DNA from: an uncultured Chloroflexia bacterium
Lineage (GTDB): Bacteria; Chloroflexota; Limnocylindria; Limnocylindrales; CSP1-4
Assembly (NCBI GenBank): GCA_963713975.1
Contig: OY970218.1
Location: 1,888,001-1,952,000, forward strand
DNA length: 64,000 bases
Direction: 5' to 3'
A program made the translations under genes and the position numbers. The notes below the pieces were generated by a model, which ran no database searches, was not told where the DNA came from, and worked only from the letters and a program-made list of their open reading frames with translations. Shown piece after piece: positions 57,598 to 64,000 of the stretch. How positions within the stretch are numbered: the stretch's first letter is position 1; each line of letters opens with the position of its first letter.

Positions 57598-58341
57598 TCA
57601 GCCGGCGGGGACGGCCTTGACCACCCCGTCGTCGTAGCTCATCGCCAGCCGCTCGCCCGGCTGGAGCACGAGCACGTCCTCGTTCCAGTCGCCGTCGATC
57701 AGGCGTCGGAGCAGCACCAGGTTGCCCTCGATGCGCTCGAACGCCCAGCCGCGACGGTCCGCCTCGTCGCGCGCCGCACCCTCGGACGTGGCTTCGTCTG
57801 TCACGCCCATTGCGACGAACGCGGCGCGGCCGTAGTGCGTGCGCCAGCCGCCCATGACCTCCATCAGGTAGTCCGCGTTGTCCTCGCCGTACTTCGCGAC
57901 GTACTCGGCGCGGACCTCCTCGATCCCGGCGTCCGTGTCCGAGCCGACGGCAAGGCCACCCACGCTGGGCCGGTAGCCGTCGTTGCGCTCGAGCTGGTCC
58001 GCCACGTACCAGTAGGTGGCGACCTTCCCGTGTTCCTCGAGGTACCGCTCGCGTGCTCCAAGGAACAGCGTGATGCAGTCGTGGGCCCGGGGGAGGATCA
58101 CGGGCACGCCCCGCGCCTCGATCCCGGCCGTGGCGCCACCGCACAGCCCGTAGCCCAGCACGATGGCCTCGGCGCTGGCCGGTGCGTCGTCGATCGCCTC
58201 CTGGAGCTGGTCCCGCAACGACTTCGGCTCGTTGTGCAGGCCGCGCTCGAACAGCCGGATGTCCACGACATGCGGGGAGCGGGCGGCGCACAGGTAGACC
58301 GGACGCGCGAGGACGTCACAGGCAATGGCGTAGAGACGCAT
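57598..58341 (-). CDS. DUF1638-family protein
   Basis: IACDVL, GLHNEP, LGYGLCGG, PRAHDCITLFLG, KYGEDNADYL, L.DGDW. Confidence 0.82.
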   Translation of the reverse strand: MRLYAIACDVLARPVYLCAARSPHVVDIRLFERGLHNEPKSLRDQLQEAIDDAPASAEAIVLGYGLCGGATAGIEARGVPVILPRAHDCITLFLGARERYLEEHGKVATYWYVADQLERNDGYRPSVGGLAVGSDTDAGIEEVRAEYVAKYGEDNADYLMEVMGGWRTHYGRAAFVAMGVTDEATSEGAARDEADRRGWAFERIEGNLVLLRRLIDGDWNEDVLVLQPGERLAMSYDDGVVKAVPAG

Positions 58342-58504
58342 CAGGCGGATCGAAGCTTGGACATGGTGGCGATCCTACCGCCTCGGGAGCGGCCCGAGGC
58401 GCGGTGCGTGCAGGTTCGCGGGACCTCCTCCGACGCGCCGGCGTGGTAGCGTCCGCCGATCGGGCGCCGCTGTCCATGGCGCCCACCCCGTGGAGGGTTC
58501 ACCG

Positions 58505-58909
58505 ATGGCAGGCAGCGGCACGCGTGAGGATCCGTGGGACCTCGTGACGGCGAACGGGGGATCGGGGTACCAGATGTGGCGTGACGAGGAGGCAGACCCG
58601 CCTGCCCTCGTGTGCCAGGTGGGCAGCACACAGCTCCGCTACCAGCTGCGTGCGATCGAGGACCTCGCGGCCTGGCTTCGAGAGCAGGGAGACTGGGTGC
58701 CTCTTGGCGGGGCGGACGAGCAGAAGCCCGCCGCGGACGGGACGGTCGAGGCATGGGGCCGGTCCGGGGACAACCCGGTGGGCGGCTGGTACGGCACCCG
58801 CAAGGGCTATCGCGGGCGGTTCGGCGTCTACCTGCCGCCCCTCCTGGAGCTCCTGGGGCTGGCGGAGCTCGAGCACAACCCGAAGAACAACCGCGTCCGG
58901 GCCGTCTGA
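58505..58909 (+). CDS. conserved hypothetical protein (DUF6855-like)
   Basis: GTREDPW, LVCQVGST, LGGADEQK, NPVGGWYG, GRFGVY, HNPKNNRVRA. SD GGAGG. Family name is from memory. Confidence 0.7.
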   Translation: MAGSGTREDPWDLVTANGGSGYQMWRDEEADPPALVCQVGSTQLRYQLRAIEDLAAWLREQGDWVPLGGADEQKPAADGTVEAWGRSGDNPVGGWYGTRKGYRGRFGVYLPPLLELLGLAELEHNPKNNRVRAV

Positions 58910-58954
58910 GGACCCGCCGGAGCACGCTCGGCCCGGACAGGGCATGCTTGCCCG

Positions 58955-60088
58955 GTGACTTCCCCCAGGACTCCCCGCCCGGAGCCGGCATCGAGCCGCT
59001 CCCCAGCTGCCGGGACCAGCCACGGCCCCGGCGCCTCTCGGACGACCAGCACCCTCGCCGTGGTCGCCATCGTGGTGGCCATGGCCGCCCTCGCGCTGGT
59101 CGCATGGCGCGTCGTGGCTCCGGGCGACACCGGCTGCCAGGCCGCGGCCTGGGACGTGAAGCCCGCGACCGATGACCTCCCTGCCGACTGGACGCTGAGC
59201 GCCACCCAGTACGACCTCAACCGGCAGACCCTGTCGTTCCTGGGGTCGTTGCCCCTCGACGAGGTGTCAGGGCAGGCCGTGGTGTATGTGACGGTCACCT
59301 GCTTCGAGCAGGGGGCTGCCGACGCCGTTTCGCGCTCCGCCGCTGCCGCCGAGGCGGCTGGCCAGTCGGTCACGAGCCGGGATGACCTGGGAGACCAGGG
59401 GTTCAGCGCGGCCGATGACACGGGGTCGATCTTCCAGCAGTTCCGCACCGGGAGCCTCGTGGTGTACCTGGCGGCCTCCGGCGACGCCACCGAAACGGAG
59501 GTGGACCAGCTCGCTTCCGCGTTCGACAAGGCGCTCGGTGGCGACGGCGGCACCATCGCATCGATCGGGCCGGTGCCGGTCGGTGTCGACCCGACTGACG
59601 AGCTCCTGCCTGATGAATCGGTCGTGGCAGAGAGCCCGGCTGCCCCGGATCTCGTCGCCGCCCTGCCGACGACGGTGGGCGGCGTCACCCTGTTCGCCGA
59701 TTCGGCGACCGGCTCGACCATCCTCGGCGAGGACCAGGGCAGTCGCGCCATCCAGGCGGCGTTGCGGGCGGCGGGCAGACAGCCGGACGACCTGCGCGTC
59801 GCACAGGCCTACGATGAGCTGGGAGAGTCGGACCTGTCCATCCTCGGGGTGGCGGTGGACGGGATGCCCCTCGATGCTGTCCGGGCCCTGGTGATGAGCT
59901 CCTGGCTGGCGGCATCGGGCGAGGGCGTGACGATCGACACCGTGCCGCTGGACGGCAAGACGTGGACCAGGATCGACTACGGCGACGGCGGCACCATCGA
60001 CTACGTGCTCGCCGCGAACGACCGCGTGATCGTCGTCACCACCGCGGATCCGGACCTGGCCGCCGAGGCGGCCGCCGCCCTGCCCTGA
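58955..60088 (+). CDS. membrane-anchored acidic hypothetical protein
   Basis: Single N-terminal TM (LAVVAIVVAMAALALVAW), GC3-rich codons, Asp/Glu-rich extracytoplasmic part. Confidence 0.7.
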   Translation: MTSPRTPRPEPASSRSPAAGTSHGPGASRTTSTLAVVAIVVAMAALALVAWRVVAPGDTGCQAAAWDVKPATDDLPADWTLSATQYDLNRQTLSFLGSLPLDEVSGQAVVYVTVTCFEQGAADAVSRSAAAAEAAGQSVTSRDDLGDQGFSAADDTGSIFQQFRTGSLVVYLAASGDATETEVDQLASAFDKALGGDGGTIASIGPVPVGVDPTDELLPDESVVAESPAAPDLVAALPTTVGGVTLFADSATGSTILGEDQGSRAIQAALRAAGRQPDDLRVAQAYDELGESDLSILGVAVDGMPLDAVRALVMSSWLAASGEGVTIDTVPLDGKTWTRIDYGDGGTIDYVLAANDRVIVVTTADPDLAAEAAAALP

Positions 60089-60167
60089 CGGGCGTCCGCG
60101 CGTCCTTGGGTCCGTCACGGAGCCGTCACCGTTGCCGCGCACGATCTGCGGGGCGATGATGTCCCAG

Positions 60168-60890
60168 ATGCCCACCCCGCCTCCCGGTCCCATCCTGGTG
60201 GTCGACGACGACCCGAAGATCGTCGCTCTCGTCCGAACCTACCTCGAGCGCGAGCGCTATCCGGTGGTCACGGCGGCCGATGGTCGTGAGGCGCTCGATG
60301 CCATCGATCGCCTGGCCCCACGTCTCGTCGTGCTGGACCTGATGATCCCGGAGATTGACGGGCTCACCGTCATGCGCCGCGCCCGCGAGACGGGCGACGT
60401 GCCGATCCTCGTCCTGTCGGCGCGGAGCTCGGTGGGTGACCGCATCATCGGCCTGTCCGAGGGTGCGGACGACTACCTGCCCAAGCCGTTCTCGCCCGCC
60501 GAGCTGGTGGTGCGGGTGCGCACGATCCTGCGCCGGACCGAGCGGACCGCGGCCTCCGGTGTGGTCCTCGTGCTCGGCGACCTGGAGGTCGACGCGGACC
60601 GGCACGAGGTGCTGATCGACGGGCGGCCCGTCGCCCTGTCGGCGCTGGAGCTGCGGCTTCTGGCGACGCTGCTGGATGCCGGCGGTCGGGTCCTCGGACG
60701 TGACCGCCTGCTGGACGCGATCCACGGTGAGGGTGAGGGCGACGTCCTGGATCGCGCCATCGACCAGTACATCAAGCGTCTCCGGGAGAAGCTCGGCGAC
60801 GACCCGGCTGTGCCCCGCTACGTCGCGACTGTCCGTGGCGTCGGCTACCGGGCGGCGGGCCCGGTGGAACGGCGGGTGGCTGTGCGGTGA
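60168..60890 (+). CDS. OmpR-family response regulator
   Basis: ILVVDDDP, LDLMIPEIDG, GADDYLPKPFS, IKRLREKL, TVRGVGYR. Confidence 0.93.
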   Translation: MPTPPPGPILVVDDDPKIVALVRTYLERERYPVVTAADGREALDAIDRLAPRLVVLDLMIPEIDGLTVMRRARETGDVPILVLSARSSVGDRIIGLSEGADDYLPKPFSPAELVVRVRTILRRTERTAASGVVLVLGDLEVDADRHEVLIDGRPVALSALELRLLATLLDAGGRVLGRDRLLDAIHGEGEGDVLDRAIDQYIKRLREKLGDDPAVPRYVATVRGVGYRAAGPVERRVAVR

Positions 60891-61951
60891 GGCGCCCGCG
60901 GAGCGGGATCTCGGCACGCTTCCTGGTCGCCGCACTGGCGGTCGCCGGGGTCGCGCTCGGGATCGTCGCGGTCGGTGTGCTGCGGGTCGGCGGCGAGGCC
61001 TTCGAGGCGCTGATGATGGCCGCGGGCGACAGTGCCGACCATGCCCGCGAGATGTTCGACGCGAGCGTCACCGTCGTGTTCGCGATCGCCGCCGTGGTCG
61101 CCGCCGTGGTCGCCCTGGGACTGGCCGTGGTCCTGGCGCGCCGCCTCGCCCGTCCCATCGAGCGCCTGGCGGCGGCGGCCGCGAGGATCGCAGACGGCGA
61201 TCTAGAGGCACGGGTCCCCGAGGACGGCCCCACGGAGCTGCGAGCCCTGGCCGCCGCCTACAACCGGATGGCGGCCCGCCTCGCGGAGCAGGAATCGCTT
61301 CGCCGGGAGTTCATCGTGAATGCCTCGCACGAGCTGCGCACCCCGCTCACGAACCTGCAGGGCTATCTGGAGGCGCTCCGGGACGGGGTCATCCCGCCGG
61401 ACCCGGAGACGTTCGACTCCCTGCGCGAGGAGGTCGACAGGCTCACCCGTCTCGCCGCCTCGCTGGACGTGCTGGCGGGCGCGGACGGTCACCGCGGCCG
61501 GGTCCAGGAAGTTGACCTCGGCGGCATCGTCCGTGGCTCCGTGGACCTCGTGGCGCCCGCGCTCGCCCGGCGGTCCATCGACCTGGAGCTCGTGGCGCCG
61601 GAGGGCGTCCTCGTCCGGGGGCGGTCGGACGAGGTAGCCCAGGTGCTGGCCAACCTGCTCCAGAACGCGGTCAGGTACACGCCGCCGGGGGGACGGGTCA
61701 GGGTGACGGTGGATCACGATGGCGACCTGGCCCGGGTGCGTGTCGCCAACACCGGCCCGGCCATCCCGCCCGAGGACCTGCCACGGATCTGGGAGCGCTT
61801 CTACCGGGTGGAGAAGTCGCGGGCCCGTGAACGTGGTGGGGCGGGCATCGGGCTGGCCATCGTGAAGCAGCTGGTCGAGGGAGGGGGAGGGCGCGTCGGG
61901 GTCGTGTCGCAAGGCGGCTGGACCGAGTTCACCGTGCTGCTGCCCGCCTGA
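60887..61951 (+). CDS. HAMP-domain sensor histidine kinase (BaeS-like)
   Basis: Two TM helices, HAMP, ASHELRTPLT, NLLQNAVRY, ERFYRVEKSR, GAGIGLAIV. Confidence 0.93.
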   Translation: MRRPRSGISARFLVAALAVAGVALGIVAVGVLRVGGEAFEALMMAAGDSADHAREMFDASVTVVFAIAAVVAAVVALGLAVVLARRLARPIERLAAAAARIADGDLEARVPEDGPTELRALAAAYNRMAARLAEQESLRREFIVNASHELRTPLTNLQGYLEALRDGVIPPDPETFDSLREEVDRLTRLAASLDVLAGADGHRGRVQEVDLGGIVRGSVDLVAPALARRSIDLELVAPEGVLVRGRSDEVAQVLANLLQNAVRYTPPGGRVRVTVDHDGDLARVRVANTGPAIPPEDLPRIWERFYRVEKSRARERGGAGIGLAIVKQLVEGGGGRVGVVSQGGWTEFTVLLPA

Positions 61952-62086
61952 CCGACGGAAGACCGCTCGCGACGGAGGACACCCCCGTCGGCCGGCTGAC
62001 CTTCCGTCCGCAAGGTTGGGCGGCGTATGCTCAGCGGGCCGGAGTCGCCGGCAGGTGCCGTCGGGGCCGTGCCAGGGAGGCAAGAG

Positions 62087-62605
62087 GTGCGCGAGCAGGT
62101 CGTCGCGTGGGCGGGGGACTGCATCGTTCGCGGGGACGTGGAGCTCGGCGAGGGACGCCTGAGCGACCAGGTCAACGACCTGGACATCGTAACCTTCTAT
62201 GACGTCACGCTGCAGGCGCTCGATGACGGGCGCGAGGTGCGGCAGGACGAGCTCGAGGTGGGTCGCGGCGAGTTGCATGTGATCGAGGTGCGCGGCCGGC
62301 GCGGCGACCCGGAGCGGCGCCTCCGGACGGTGGAGGAGCACGTGGCGCTGGAGCTCGGGCCGTTCGTGGTCACGGGCAACCTGCATCGGCCGCCGCACAC
62401 CCAGCCGCTGGCCGCGCTCTCCCGCTGGGCGCGCTTCGTACCGCTGACGGACGCCGTGGTGAGCATGCGGGATCGGGAGGGGGACCGGGTGGCCGAGGAG
62501 GTCGTGCTGGTCAACCGCGATCGGATCAGCCGCACGGATCACCTGATGGCACCGCCCTTCCACGCCCCGGTCCCGGAGCCGCCCGCCACGGGTCAACCCG
62601 GCTGA
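62087..62605 (+). CDS. hypothetical protein with two DUF6812-like repeats
   Basis: GRLSDQVN; FVVTGNLH...RFVPLTDA...LVNRDRI. SD GGGAGG before GTG 62087; TATGCT -10 element at 62026. Confidence 0.65.
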   Translation: MREQVVAWAGDCIVRGDVELGEGRLSDQVNDLDIVTFYDVTLQALDDGREVRQDELEVGRGELHVIEVRGRRGDPERRLRTVEEHVALELGPFVVTGNLHRPPHTQPLAALSRWARFVPLTDAVVSMRDREGDRVAEEVVLVNRDRISRTDHLMAPPFHAPVPEPPATGQPG

Positions 62606-62743
62606 CCCACCCTCCGCTCGCCGGGCATGCCGTACCATTTGTCCCGATCAGGTCGCCTTGATCAGGGGCGGCGATCGAATTCGTGGGACAGCGGATTGGA
62701 CGACTGGGGACACAATCTCGGGATCGATGGCGTCGCCGCGACG

Positions 62744-63289
62744 ATGGGCGGCCCCGAGGTGGACATCGAGCTGGTCGGACCGCACCTGCGGGTGGGCGGG
62801 CGCATCGCCCTGGGGCGCTTCCACCGCCTCAGTGACCGCATCAACCACGGACGGGGCTTCCTCCTGCTCCACGATGCCCGGCTGCTCAAGCGCAACGGGG
62901 ATCCCACGCCCCTCGTGGTGAAGGAGCTGTACGTCAACCAGGACGAGGTCACCTTCGTCGCGATGCCCCACATCGCGGACGTCGGCCTCCACCTGTCCGC
63001 TGATATGGACCGGCCGATGATCCAGAAGCAGACCCGGCGCCACATCGTGTTCACGCCGGGCCACGTGATCTCCGGCCTGGTCCACGTCCACTCGGAGATG
63101 TCCATCGCGGGGTTCGTGGACTCCACCGATCCCCGCTTCATCCCGATGACGCACGTCTCGGCCCGGTCGCTCGCCGACCGCCGGGTCGTGAGCCACTTCG
63201 ACCTCCTGCTCGTGAACCGCACCCAGATGACCGCGGTGGCCGAGGCAGCACCCGCCGACGCCGAGGCTCCCGCCGTGGAGACGAGCTGA
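62744..63289 (+). CDS. hypothetical protein with two DUF6812-like repeats
   Basis: RLSDRIN..FLLLHDA..YVNQDEV; ISGLVH..RFIPMT..LVNRTQM. Start uncertain (62696 TTG or 62744 ATG). Confidence 0.65.
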   Translation: MGGPEVDIELVGPHLRVGGRIALGRFHRLSDRINHGRGFLLLHDARLLKRNGDPTPLVVKELYVNQDEVTFVAMPHIADVGLHLSADMDRPMIQKQTRRHIVFTPGHVISGLVHVHSEMSIAGFVDSTDPRFIPMTHVSARSLADRRVVSHFDLLLVNRTQMTAVAEAAPADAEAPAVETS

Positions 63290-63329
63290 CGGCGATGGCC
63301 GTTCAGGGCGGACGCCCCAGCCGACTGCC

Positions 63330-64000
63330 ATGAGCTTCCTGCTCCGCCTCCTGCGACCGCGACCGGCCGACGACGAGTGGGCTGTCGAGGACGTCGTCGA
63401 CGAGGTCCCGGCGGCCACGCCCGAACCCCTGGAGCCCGTCCCGGAGCCACCGGCCGCGATCGCCTGCCCATCGTGTGCAACGCTGGTCGACCCGCCGCCC
63501 ACCCGCAATCGGCGCTGCCCCCGGTGCCGGCAGACCATCGTCGTGCGTCGCGTCGGCGGCCGCGCCGTCTACCTTACCGAGGCGGCCGTGGAGGTCTTCG
63601 AGGCCGAGCGCCGGCGCGAGGCCAACGTTGCCACCTGGACGCAGGCCCGCGTCCAGTGGCTGCGCCGGGCCCGCCTCGTCGGAGCTCCCGAGGACCGGCG
63701 CCAGCGCATCGCCGCCCACGCCGTGTCGGCCGAGGCGGTGGAGGAGGCCCGGGCGCTCTACCTCGCACACGCATCGAAGGCAGCCAAGGCCGCGAGGCGG
63801 ACGCACACCTGGGACGAGGTCGCCCGGATCGAGCGCGAGCAGGCGGCCGCGCTGTACCAGGACGCCGGATCGCCGGTGCCACCACCGGAGGAGATCGCGG
63901 GGCTCCACACCGACGCGATGACGGCGCTGCTGCGGTCCCTGCGGCCGCTGGGGACCCACGCGGAGATCGTCGGAGGAAGCTGCTGCTCCGCCTGTCGCGG
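63330..64000 (+). CDS. Zn-ribbon-containing hypothetical protein (3'-truncated by window edge)
   Basis: Not in the ORF track because it has no stop inside the window. Hand translation gives MSFLLRLLRP...IACPSCATLVDPPPTRNRRCPRCRQTIVV...EIVGGSCCSACR. Confidence 0.7.
   Translation, partial: MSFLLRLLRPRPADDEWAVEDVVDEVPAATPEPLEPVPEPPAAIACPSCATLVDPPPTRNRRCPRCRQTIVVRRVGGRAVYLTEAAVEVFEAERRREANVATWTQARVQWLRRARLVGAPEDRRQRIAAHAVSAEAVEEARALYLAHASKAAKAARRTHTWDEVARIEREQAAALYQDAGSPVPPPEEIAGLHTDAMTALLRSLRPLGTHAEIVGGSCCSACR

Noticed and set aside
61952-62010. Nested inverted repeats after the histidine kinase as an ncRNA
   Set aside because: GACGGAAG/CTTCCGTC arms could form a terminator-like structure, but no known RNA motif is recognisable.

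Overview
Very GC-rich bacterial chromosomal segment. Gene style is compatible with a Chloroflexota (Limnocylindria-like) or actinobacterial-type organism; this is inference only. It contains about 57 CDSs, and I found no rRNA, tRNA, CRISPR array or mobile element. From left to right: (1) 1-11.8 kb, amino-acid and acyl-CoA metabolism (cimA plus a stand-alone LeuA-type regulatory domain, a methyltransferase, pheA, a DUF853 ATPase, a beta-HAD-like oxidoreductase, ALDH, ACAD, ADP-forming acyl-CoA ligase). (2) 11.8-38.1 kb, a large surface-polysaccharide locus (priming transferase, GT2/GT4s, MurJ-like flippase, frameshifted Wzy-like polymerase, Wzz, two epimerases, two beta-helix proteins). It carries a clear c-di-GMP-I riboswitch and a CDP-glucose module that ends in a DXR-II (DRL)-like reductoisomerase homologue. 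(3) 38-47.7 kb, MBL hydrolase, membrane protein plus MoaD-MoaE fusion, an orphan degenerate lysine 5,6-aminomutase alpha-like gene, tyrosine phenol-lyase, MFS transporter and an ECF sigma module. (4) 47.7-58.3 kb, a complete corrinoid-dependent demethylation island (three non-pyrrolysine MttB paralogues, corrinoid protein, RACo activator, MetF-MetV fusion, methyl-THF methyltransferase, DUF1638). (5) 58.5-64 kb, hypothetical proteins, an OmpR/BaeS-type two-component pair, two DUF6812-like proteins and a Zn-ribbon ORF that runs off the end. The strongest candidates for new biology are the putative branched-sugar pathway (CDP-glucose plus DRL-like enzyme, no 4,6-dehydratase), the MttB island, the riboswitch-controlled secreted protein and the orphan KamD-like protein. 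Three single-base frameshifts in short G/C runs look like sequencing errors. All family assignments come from motif recognition, not database searches.
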